Source: Lama glama
Lineage: Eukaryota
Assembly: GCA_028534125.1 (NCBI GenBank)
Contig: CM052824.1
Span: 60,698,001-60,762,000 of the forward strand
Length of the DNA stretch: 64,000 bases
Direction of reading: 5' to 3'
Shown: positions 1-10,557 of the stretch, one piece after another
How positions within the stretch are numbered: the stretch's first letter is position 1
How the letters are laid out: every line of letters starts with the position of its first letter
Program-made: the position numbers and the translations under genes
The notes under the pieces: model-generated
What the model saw: only the letters and a program-made list of their open reading frames with translations
The model's database searches: none
What the model was told of the DNA's origin: nothing

Positions 1-2009
1 GAAGTTCAGTTAATAGCAGCCCTGTGCCTCCACTTCGCTGCTGGGAAAACTGAGGGTGAGATAAGAGAAATCGATTCGAAACAGATAGGCTATTTTTCTG
101 AACATTTTGTTCCCCATCCTGCTCCCAGCCTGGCACAGGGCAGAAGCCACCAGCCGAGGGGAGGGTCCTTGCCCAGCCGGGCCCAAGCCCCTCTTCTGCC
201 CCAGACGCTCCCCACCCCACTCCACCCAGGGACCCACTGCCCACCGTTCTGGCCGCAGCATGAAGGTCAAGTACACAGGCAACTTCAAAGGGTGGGGCAG
301 AGGCCTGCGGGCTCCCTTCCTGCACCCCCACCCCACCCCCAGCGCCCACAGATGCCACAGGGAGGGTCCCCGTGGCCGTGGGCCTGGCATTGGCCTCTGC
401 CCAGCACCTTCCCCAGACCGGTCCACCTCCAGGCCAGCGGGCCCTCATCTCCGTGAGTAATATTTAACTTGGATGGGCTGGCGGACAACTGCAGGGGAGA
501 AGTTAACAACAAGTTTGGATTGCAATCTGCTTGCCAGAAAGGAGGGGGGGAGGGCAAAGTTGAGAAGGAGAAAGGAAGGCGGGAGGGGGTCCTGAAAGGC
601 CAGCATCCCAGGAGGCTGGAAGGACTGCCCTGCACGCTGGGCATGTGGCTGAGCCCCTCCAGCCTCAGTATCCCCTGCAGGACACACCCAGGTTGGGAGG
701 AGCCTTGGGATTCAGCTCTGGGTCTGAGAACACCAGACATGCACACACACACATACACACACACAGAGAACACGTGGTTGTGAACAGAAAGGCCCGCCTG
801 CAGCTCTGAGGCTTCAACACAAGGATGGAAAACCCTCAGGGCGGGAGCAGGGCTGAGGTCTTGCCAGGGGGCACGGAGGGCAGAACTGCAGCCAGGCCAG
901 GCCCCCCTCCCAGAGGTCTGTGCCCGCAGGATTGACCACCCAGTGCTCAGCTGAGCAGGGCCCCGGCCAGCGCACCTTCCCCCTCTGTGGGAAGGACGGC
1001 CTTGCTGGGCGGCTGCTCTGGGGGGCTCAGGACACTGGGCTCTTCTGCTGTCGCCCAGCCTCTCCCAGCTCCAGGTGTCAACACCTGAGATGGTTGAGGG
1101 GACCCTGCGAGGGCCCCACTCCAGAGGACCACGGAGAGAGATCCTCAGCTCCACCCTGAGTTGGGGACGGGTCACTGGGTCCCCATGCTTCGTGGGGCCC
1201 TCTTGCATCTACAAGGACCCATCTCCGCCAGCAGCCTCCAGCCTGGGGCCCCGCGCCATCGTGCCAGGCAAAAGGCTGCACCTCTCTTCTGGAATGTAGC
1301 AAATCTAAGATGTCAAACAGTTGATTTTCCACAAGCGTGCATTTTCCCAGGGAAAAACACACCTCTCCAACCTTGTAGTTTGTCCTGATTTGCTCTTGGG
1401 AAGAAACATCTACCCATAGTGGGGGCCCTGTCTCACCTGCCCTTAAGGAAGGGCACCAAAGCTGCCCGGGTGGGCACCCTGGCACCTGGCGGAGGGCGGC
1501 CTTGCCCAGGGGCCGGGCCCCTAACCGAGTCACACCATCTGGTGGAAGATGCTCAGAGCCCGCCCTTGCCACTCTGGTACCCTTGCTCCACTCTGCAACT
1601 GTCCTTTCCCTGGGTGAGACTTTCGCTTTGAATATCCTCTTGAGAACCCGACTCCCAGCCTGGACTGCCACGTCTCTGCCAGAGCTTCTGGACTCGTGGC
1701 CCCTCTTGCGGGCCCGGCAGACAGCCCGGGCAGAGTAAAGATAGTCCCTCCAGAATGTGTGTTTAATTGCCACATGCGGGGCTGTGGGGGGACCCGGGGC
1801 TCCAGGATGGGGGTCTCCCGTGGCTGATTCCTTCTTGGTACTTTGCTTCTCTGGAGGCAAGTCAGCTGCAACTGACGTTTCACAGCCAGGCCGGAGAGTG
1901 GGGTCTGGGAGAAAATCTGCAGGGGCTGCCGGCGGGCGAGCGCTCTGCTCCGCCCCCACCCCAGACGGCACCTGTGGTGAAAGTTATGGGAGCCACGGCC
2001 GCAGAGCGC

Positions 2010-2352
2010 CCGGGAGCCACCCAGAGGCTGTGGCCCGAACGCTCACGGCCCCCAGATCCATCTGCTGAGCTCTAGCCCCCACTGGGGAGCGGGGCCTTTG
2101 GGAGGTGACTGGGGCCTGAGGATGCGCCTTTACAGGTGGGATCCAGGCCCTCACGAAGGGACGCTCAGAGCTCTTGCCGCACCTCCCACCACGTGAGAAC
2201 ACAGAACCTGCCGGGGCCTGAACCCGAACCCGAACCCAGCCGCGCCGGCACCCTGATCGCAGATGTCCCGCCTCCAGAACCAGGAGGAATAAACTTCCAC
2301 TGTCTGTTCGCCACCACCTGTGAGATTTTGTTATCACATCCCCAGCGGACTA
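2010..2352 (+). mobile_element. MaLR (MLT1-like) solo LTR
   Basis: GGGGCCTTTGGGAGGTGA, GCCGGCACCCTGATC..CCTCCAGAAC..AATAAA and TTTTGTTAT motifs. Confidence 0.7.
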
Positions 2353-5300
2353 TGGCCACGGTGGTCTCGGCCCTTCCCGCCAGCATGCTCCCATGGCTGG
2401 GCAAACAAGAAACGGGGAACTGAGGCTAGGAACTCGTCTGCCCGGCAGGAGGGTGTCCCCAGGGTGGACGGCAGCTGGCCTCCAGGGGATTCCTGCTGCC
2501 TCTACGGTGGCCCCCTCATACTGATGTGGTATTTGGGGACCGTCACGAGAGCCCCCTTGAAGCCCGCAGCCTTGATGCAGCAGAAGGAGTCTGGAATGAG
2601 ACCATGGGGGCCAGTGGGGCCCTGCTTCCAGGCCCTTCCCCAGCCCCTGGCCACTCACAGCCAGGCTGGCCCCCAGCTCCGCATCACGGCTGACCAGAGC
2701 TGGCTTCTGCGTGCAGAGGCCCAGCGTGGAGAGGAACGTGTGGAAACGTGCCGACATTTGTACACAATTCCACGCTGAGATGTAATATTTCAGAGATGTT
2801 GGGCTAAGCTGGAACATGTTATTGCAATGACCTCGTCACAGGCGGCTCCTGCACATTCTGAATGACCCGAGAGGAGGGGCAGGCAGCTGGACAGAGGTGG
2901 GGCGGGTGAGGGCAGGTCGGAGGACGGCGACGAGTCGGGGCCACCTGACCGCAGACCAATGGCAGCGCCAGAGGTGAGAGCAGGGGAGGCTGGCAGGGGC
3001 CGTGTTCACGGGACCCCGTGCTGCAGGCCCGCGGCTCCTGGAAGCCTGGGGCAGCTGTCACGCTGTGTGGTCAGCAGGCCCCTGGGGCTGAGGCCCTCAG
3101 AGAAGGCCACCGGGGCTGTGACAGGCGTCCAGCGTCCCTCTTTGTCCCCACAGGGTCCCAGTGGCCGCAGGGCCTGGCCTGAAGTGCTGGGCAGCCCCAA
3201 GCTCTCAGCAGTGTTCTGCCCCCCCAGCCGGACATGCTTGCCCCCGGGGAGAAGAGAAGCTGCTCCCTGCGGGCGCTGGCCTTCCCGGCAGGGACGGCTC
3301 CCTCACAGGAGGCGCTGGCCCGGGAGCTTCAGGGCCGTCTTAACAGGCACAACTCTCTTCAGCGTCTTCCACAGTCATAGGTTGCAGCTGGAGCGAGGGG
3401 ACACCAGGGGGTCACCGCCACAGTGACCAGCCGCCAGTCAGCAGCCTGTGGACAGCTGGTGTGGCTGGGTGTGGGCGCAGAGTCTGGGGGCCCCTCCACA
3501 GCTCAGGAGCAGCCTGTGGGGGCACAAGGGCACCCAGGCTGAGAGCTGTTGGCCTCACCGTCTGCCCAGGCCTGGCCTGAGTCTCCCAGGCCAGGTGTGC
3601 TGTCCATCCTTCCCTGCAGGCCAAGCCCAGCACCCCTCACCCCCGGACCCCACTCCCCCTCTCAGGACACTCAGTGCCACTCGGTCAGCAAGGCCACCAG
3701 CCCGGGCAGCAGCACAGGAGACCTGGGTTCCAGTCTGTCATGTGGCTGATAACAAGGGGCTGGCAGGCCCATCTCTAGGTGGGGTGGAGCCAGGGCACCT
3801 CCGCGGCAGGGCTGGGTGCGGGACCAGCTGGTAGACAGCCTCTCTCCAGCTGTAGTGTGGGAGGCTCATGGGGCAGGGGTGCCACTGTCCTGCAAGTTGG
3901 GCAGCAGCAGCTCATGGATGTGTCCACTCCCCATAGCGGGCTGTCCTTCCAAGAACATCTCCCGTATGAGTCACGCATCCCTGACTCCCAGTCCCCTTCC
4001 CTCCACGCCCTGCTCCCCACCTCCCTCGCCCCCACGGGCTTTTCTAACTCCTGCACCCTCCTCTTCCTCAGCCCGCTCCTTCCAAGTAGCCAGAAGGGCC
4101 TGAAGTCGCCTCAGAGACTCTGGGAGGCCAGCTCTCCCCCTGGGCTGCTGCCCAGCCAGGGCCCTCCTGCCTCCTGCCAGCATCCCAGCCCGAGGGAGTA
4201 GAGGCACAGCGGCGGGGGGGGGGGCCCAAAAGGCAGCAGGAGGGGCGAGCAGGCTGGTCTCAGTGGCCCAAGGGGGCTTGGCCTTGGGCCACTGCCTGCT
4301 TGGACACCTACCCGCCGTCAGTCCTGATTCCAGCTGCACCCTGGCCCCGCCTTGGGCTGCAGGCAGCAGTAGGGCCAGTTCAGAGAAGTGACTCCACAGG
4401 GCCTCGGGCTGCTGCCCCCGCTGGCCTGACAGCCCCTGGCAGGCCTCCGCGGGCCACGCAGGGCCCTGGGCTGCCCTCTGGCCTGGGGGGCTGTGTGGTC
4501 AGCAGCGCAGGAGCAGCTCGTCCAGGGTAGCCGTAGTGGGTGGGTGGGGGGTCCCTGCTGCGCCTGCCTCCTGGATGGTGAGGTCACGGAGTCGGGTCAG
4601 AGAGCTGGCCAAGGCCCCTCCTGCCCCCCTGGGCCAGGCAACAGACAGTTATGCCCTGACCAGCTGCTGCCAAAACCTGGCAACTGGAAAGCAGAGACAC
4701 AGGCCCTCTGCCGAGGGCTGGCATCCCTCACCAGGCCTCTGGCTGATGACCTCGTGACCTCTGGCTGCTCTGAGACCTCTGGTCAGTCAAGGCCCAGGTC
4801 CCCGTAAGACTTAGAGGCAGGTAGAATAACTCCAGGTGCATGGTCCCTGGGGTGGGGGTGGGAGAGAGGAGGCAGCTTTCTACCTGTGCCCACTACCCCT
4901 GCCCCAACAGACCCCCACCAGTTATTGCCAGGGAGGTCGAATAACCACCTGCTGACCCCTGACCTAGCCTCTCCGTCCACATTGGGAAGGGCTAAAGCTT
5001 TTGTGCCCTTGTTAAGACAGGTGGGGGCTGAAGGGGGAGGGAAAGGAAGGAGGAGAAGGGGGAGGGAGGAGAGAAGGAGGAGGGGGGAGGGGGCAGAGAG
5101 AGGGCACAGCTGAGGCCTGCAGCTCCGATGGGGATGCCCGCCCCCTGAGCCACGCCAGGCACACTTGGGCCAGCCTGAAGACGGCCCCTGCCCAGGGAGG
5201 CCCCCAGGGAGGGGGATCGGAGCTTTCCACATCAGAGCCCTTGACACAAGGTCAGAAGTGGCTCACACAGAACTGGGGGTGACACAGCTGGGGCTCAGAA

Positions 5301-5659
5301 GGCCAGGGACCTGCCAGCATCTCAGGAAGTTGGGGCTCCAGCCTGCGGATCTGCCATAAGGAGGTGAGAAGCCACGGGAGTGGGAAGCCGGGCCGACGCT
5401 AGCGGCCACCCTCTCCACCAGAAGAGGTTCTCCGGGAGGGGACCCCGGCCCAGTGTCGCCCATCCTGGGTTCTTCCCAGGACGTATGTGGGCTCGGAGTA
5501 GAGCTGGCTCTCCTTGAGGCCATGGCTCTGAGGGATGGTGACAGGGCCCAGGCCAGGAGAGTAGCCTCAGGATGCCTGGCTGCCCCCGACCAAACGGTGC
5601 CCGGGGGCTTCAAGCTGCACGCGGTGGGGATGGCGAGGAGACGCCCGAGTCCCATGTCA

Positions 5660-6050
5660 ATGTCCTGTGGCCACGGCACAAATGACCAAGCTGGGGGCTT
5701 CAAGCGACAGGGTCCACCCCTCACAGTTTGGGGGCCAGAAGTCCACACTCAAGGTGCGGAAGGGCTGCACTCCTTCCAGCAGGGCGCATCCTTCCTGCTT
5801 CTTCCGGCTTCCGGTGGCTCCAGGTGTCTCCAGGCTCATGGCCTCCAGCCTCTGCCTTCACAGTCAGGGAGCTTCTCTCTGTGTCCAAACATCCCTCCTC
5901 TTTCAAGGACTCCAGTCACATGGGATTTAGGGCCCACCTAACCCAGTGTGGTGGCCTCGTCTTAACTTGATTCCAGCTGCAAAGACCCTACTTCCAAATA
6001 TGGTCATGTTCCCCGGTTCCAGTGGACATAGATTCAGGGAACCACCCACT
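5660..6050 (-). mobile_element. MaLR (MLT1-like) solo LTR
   Basis: CACAGTT..GGCCAGAAGTCC..TCAAGGTG, AAGGACTCCAGTCA..GGATTTAGGGCCCACC and GCAAAGACCCTACTTCCAAATA. Confidence 0.78.
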
Positions 6051-9000
6051 ACCCCCAAAGCTTGGTCTCTGCTTGACTTTCATGCCCCGCAGGAAGAAAG
6101 CCTGAGACGGTCCCTCCCAGCTCATCTTCGGGATTGGCTGACTGTCCCCTCTGGGCCAGGCACCCCCTCAGGCTCTGGGGACACCCTGGGGCAGAGTGCA
6201 GCACCCCAGCCCTACACTTCCCACCGGAGGGGTAGGAAAACCCAGCAGGGCGACAGGGTGAGGGGAGGGCCAGGAAGGCTTCTCGGTGGAGAGGACGCCA
6301 GAGCAGAGCCTGAGCATCACAGGAGTTGGGGCATTGGGACAGAGGGAGGGCCTATATGGCTGCGGGAAGGGCAGCAGCAGAGGAGGGAGTCGGGGCCTGG
6401 GGGAGGTGGGGGCCAGCATTGGGACTTTGCAGTGGCCACTGCCCCTCCTTTGCCACCCTCGGCTATCCTGTGGCTTTCACGCTCTTACAGTGAAGGCTGA
6501 AGGTTGTGCCGGCTGGTCCCGGACATCGACGCCTGCCCCTCTGCAGCTGGGAGGAGGTGCCTCGAGGAGGCCAAGGGTGTCCTTGTCCCCACACCAGTGA
6601 GGGGGCCCCGCGCCCGCTCTGCTGCCCGAGGGACCCTGCCATGTTTCCCAGGCAACTGTTTCAATCCAGCCTGTCTGCCTGGCACTCCGCACACCCACGA
6701 ATGTCACCGCCCAGCTCCAGGAAGGCTTGCCTGCTCAGCACACGCAGGCTAGCACGTGTGGCCAGCACAACCAGGAGTCCGGGCTCCGGGGAGCAGGCAG
6801 CCCAGGCCTCGAGGCTGGCCGGCCAGTGAGCCGGCGCTGGCCAGGCCATTGGAGTTGGGGCCGGCCTCACCGGGAGACTGGAGGCTGTGCTGCTCTCCGG
6901 GGCTGGTTGTGCTGGGTGGCCTCAGGCCCGAGACATCTTGACCCCACTTGCTGGGTGCCCCGAAGGGAAAACCCGCCCCTGAGAAATCAAAGGAGGGTCT
7001 GGGGAATCCAAGTGGGGCTTGGCCCAGGCCAGCAGGCTCCAGGCTGGGGTCCAGCTGACAGGGTTTGCCTTGCAGGGCCGCCTTGGAGGAGAGGCAGCAA
7101 ACCAGCAGCAGCAGCACCCGTCAGCGGGCAGGCCTGCTCTGCAGGGGGCGGGGGGAGGCAGCAAGCTCATACCGCGGCTCTGAGGACCTTCCGTGGTGCT
7201 GGAAGGCGCTGGGAGGTGCAGGCTCCCGAGCAGCTGGCTGCAGATGTCACCCTGATTCTGGGATGGGTGCCTTGGAGGGGAGGGGGCATCTGGTCATCAC
7301 CCACAAACGTATCACTTTCAGTGGCCAAAGCCAGAGAAAGACAGGGGGAAGGGCCTCCCAGCTGGGCCAGTCCTGTGCTGCAGGGTGGGGCCGCAACACC
7401 CCCGCCCACCGAGCACTTTCCGCTTCACTGGAGGGGTGCCTTCTCCAAAACGCTGAAGGATTCTTTGTAAACATGCATTTTGGCTTGTAGAAAACTTGTT
7501 TCCGCAGTGCCAGTGTCAGTCTCCATCAGAAATTATTTTCCAATAAAGCCCCACTGCCTGTCACTGCTTCCGAGAGCTCGGGGAAATGTGAGTCTTTGAG
7601 TTAAGTTCAACTTTTAAATTTCCTCCAGCCCCACCACTGCCACTGTGTCTTGCTGATAATGCTGGGACAAGGTGGGTCTCTCGGGGTACACAGTGCTCCC
7701 CTTCCACCTCCAGGTCCCTGTGCAGGCTGGGCCGGCGGGTGGGCAGCTGTCGGAAAGCGGCGGCTGAGGGGGTGCGGGCAGGGCGTCAGCACCTGCCGTG
7801 TGCTTGGCGCAGGGGTCACCCAGCTCTGCTCTTGGTGGCAGTGTCCCAGGCTGTCAGTCCCGGTGGTCATGGAGGGAGTTAATCCCTAGCAGCTGGATGA
7901 AACCAGAGAGGAGACATCCCCAGGAGACAGATTTTACATGGGGCTCTCCCCCCTGTTAGAAGTCAAGGGTAAGTGAAGCCCACAGGGGTGGCTAAGGCCA
8001 AAGGAGACTGGGTGCCCCTCACCTCCTGTGCCCTAAGCTGGAGTGAGACTTAGTCAGGCCCTGACAGCCCCCAGGGCCCGCACCCACTCCGGGTGTCTGC
8101 CCTCAGGCCACGCCATGGTTCTGTGTCCACCTGAGACCCTCCCTGCTCCTGCCTTGGGGTGAGGTCCGTAGAGAAAGGGGCTGGGACACCAAGACCCTGA
8201 TGCTCTGCTTCCAGAGTCTTCACAGAGCTGGGCGCATGCTGGCCTTCTCGGGGAGGCCTGGCCATTTCTCCTGGAAGTCCCCACAGCTGGCTCTCGGAAG
8301 TGTGGTGACCCTTCCAGAAAAGGCCAGCAGGACTGTGTCTGGGAACTGTAGTCACAAGCTATTTGGGAGTCGCGTCCTCAGTCAGTTGGCACCTGCCATG
8401 TACCAGGCCTGGAGCCCCCTCACCTTGGCTTCTCTCACCTGGGAGCCGGCCCAGCTGCACGTCACCCACTCCAGGACCCCGAGACCACCCACTTCTGCAG
8501 CTCCTGCTGCCCACACGTGCACTGCCTCCCAGCAGCTGGCAGCCTCCAGGGGTGAGGACCCCTGGGGGTCCCTTAGCATCTAGAACAGTCCCTGCCGCAG
8601 GAAGCCACTTAGGGACATTTGGGGGAATGAGTTCGCCCCACCCTGGAGGTCAGAGTGGGCACGCACGGAGGATGAATGGCCACTTGCGTGGTCTCTCTTT
8701 GGGGACTGGGGTCCGCAGGCTGGAGTGTGCCACAGGGGCTGCCCAGGACCCGAGGTGGGGGGGAGGCAGGACTGTGCCATGAAGTGGTGGGGAGGGGAGG
8801 AGGCTGCAGCAGCTAACCCTAACCCACAGAGGGCGGTGCAGAGCAAAGCCCCAGAGCTGCGGGGCTGGGGAGAGGCAAAGGGTCCGAGCGTCCCGGGCGG
8901 CATCTGTCTGTGGTCTGGAGAGGAACGGCCCAGCTCGCTGCCCACTGCGCGCCGGCCCGCACAGCCCAGCCCCGCCTCGGGGCTGGGCGGAGGGGGAAGG

Positions 9001-9796
9001 CGCACAAGGAGCCAGCTCTGCGCTGGCAGGAGTGGCTGAGGGTCCCTGGGCGTCTGCTGCCACCAAGTGGTAGACTGTATGGTCATCAGGGGAAAGCGCC
9101 GAGGGTATCAGGGAAGCCCCTCCCAGGCGGCCACCCCTGGCCCAGGATCCGGGGCCCTGGACTCGGTCTTCTCATTTCTTCATTTCTTAATTAAGGAAGC
9201 TAATCTCCTCCCTCTTGTGTAAGGAGATGGCGACATCCTGGGAACAACAGAGCTAGAAACCCAGGCTCACAGCCGTCCACGCGGAGGAAGGTGGCAGAGC
9301 AGGGACACGCCTGGACGCCGGCGGGTGGGGAGACGCCGGGACCCCCTAGCTGTCTTCCCGCCCAGCTCCTCCTCCTCGGAGGCCCCTGGGGACCCCGGCC
9401 TGAAGGGTGGAAAATGGCTCCTCAGGGCAAGGCAGCCTTCCCCACCTCAGTCCCACCTCCGTGGTGGGGGGAGGAGCCCCGGCCTCCAGCTCCCCAAAGG
9501 CTGATAGTGTCTCGGAGGGGAGGTCACCTCACGGCCCGAGGAGCAGGTCGCGGGGCCCCCCAGCCTCGGGTCCAGCCCCCAGGTCGGGGGCGGTCTGCGT
9601 CGGGCTGGCGGGGAGTTGGGGTCCAACCGCGCACGTAGGGCTGTGGGTGGTCGGGGAGGGGGGCCGGGGCCGGTCCGGGCGGGGCAAGAGCGGGGAACGG
9701 GCAGGGGCGGGGCTTGTGCCCGGGGCGGGGTCTGCGCCGGGGCGGGGTCCGGAGCGTGGGCCGCTCACTTCCGCCCGCCGCGTGGGCTCCGGGCGG

Positions 9797-9858
9797 ATGG
9801 AGGCGGCGCGGAGGCCGCGGCGGAGCCTGAGCCGCAGGAGGCCGCCGTCGGGGGTCGG
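9797..9858 (+). CDS. FAAP20: FAAP20 coding exon 1 (MEAARRPRRSLSRRRPPSGVG)
   Basis: ATG at 9797 in CGGATGG. Peptide matches the recalled FAAP20 N-terminus MEAARRPR..LSRRRPP. Donor GG|GTGAGG at 9859. 62 nt. Confidence 0.93.
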
Positions 9859-10086
9859 GTGAGGCCGGGGGCTGAGGGCGGCGCGGGCGCGGGGAGCGGC
9901 CGGGTGGGGCCCTAGTGTCCCCCGGCCGAGCGGTAGCTGGTGTCACGCCCCCACGTGCTTCCCGGAACCTGCCAGGGTCCCTCCCCTGCCGCTGAGTCCA
10001 TCCCCGCTCCTCCCCCTGCCGCCGCCCACCCCCCTCCCCGCTCTTCCGGGCCTCCGGGGCTGAGTTCTCGCCCCCTGCCGTCCCAG

Positions 10087-10222
10087 GCCCCCGAGCGCCG
10101 CCCCTGGATCCCACCCGGACGGCGGCGAGTGTGCGCGGCTGTGGGATGAGCTGTTCCGCGTGGCGAGCGCAGATCTGAACGTGCACGGCGAGCTGCCGCC
10201 GCTCCCCGCGTTCCCCCGCCAG
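10087..10222 (+). CDS. FAAP20: FAAP20 coding exon 2 (..GGECARLWDELFRVASADLNVHGELPPLPAFPRQ), FANCA-binding region
   Basis: Acceptor CCCAG|G and donor CAG|GTGTGC. 136 nt, open in the phase set by exon 1. RLW40..L and LPAFP motifs are retained. Confidence 0.88.
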
Positions 10223-10309
10223 GTGTGCGGTGACCCAGCGCGCGGCCTCGGGTCTCGGGTTGGGGAGGGGCGGGCGCGGCCGGCGCGATCCGACGACTCG
10301 GTCTTGCAG

Positions 10310-10557
10310 GAGCCCATGCGCAGCCCCGAGCAGGCGCCACCGGAGAGCTTCACGGTGGGAACCAAGACCTTCTCCTGGACACCCTTCCCGCCCGTCCCCG
10401 AGCGAGGCAGGGGCCGGGTCCGCTCCTGCCCGGTGTCCCCCCAACACCACCCCGCGCGTGAGCCCCGCGGGACCTCCAGCGCCGAGGAGCAGCCGTCCTT
10501 GGAGGGGACGCCGACCCTGCGGAGCTGCCCCATGTGCCAAGCCGACTTCTCTCCCAG
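10310..10557 (+). CDS. FAAP20: FAAP20 coding exon 3 (EPMRS..FTVGTKTFSWTPFPP..LRSCPMCQADFSP)
   Basis: Acceptor TTGCAG|G and donor AG|GTGAGT. Contains the FTVGxKTFSWTPFPP signature and the CPMC half of the UBZ zinc finger. 248 nt. Confidence 0.95.

Noticed and set aside
9524-10540. 338-aa antisense ORF across the FAAP20 promoter and exons
   Set aside because: Shadow ORF in a CpG island; low complexity and no domain.
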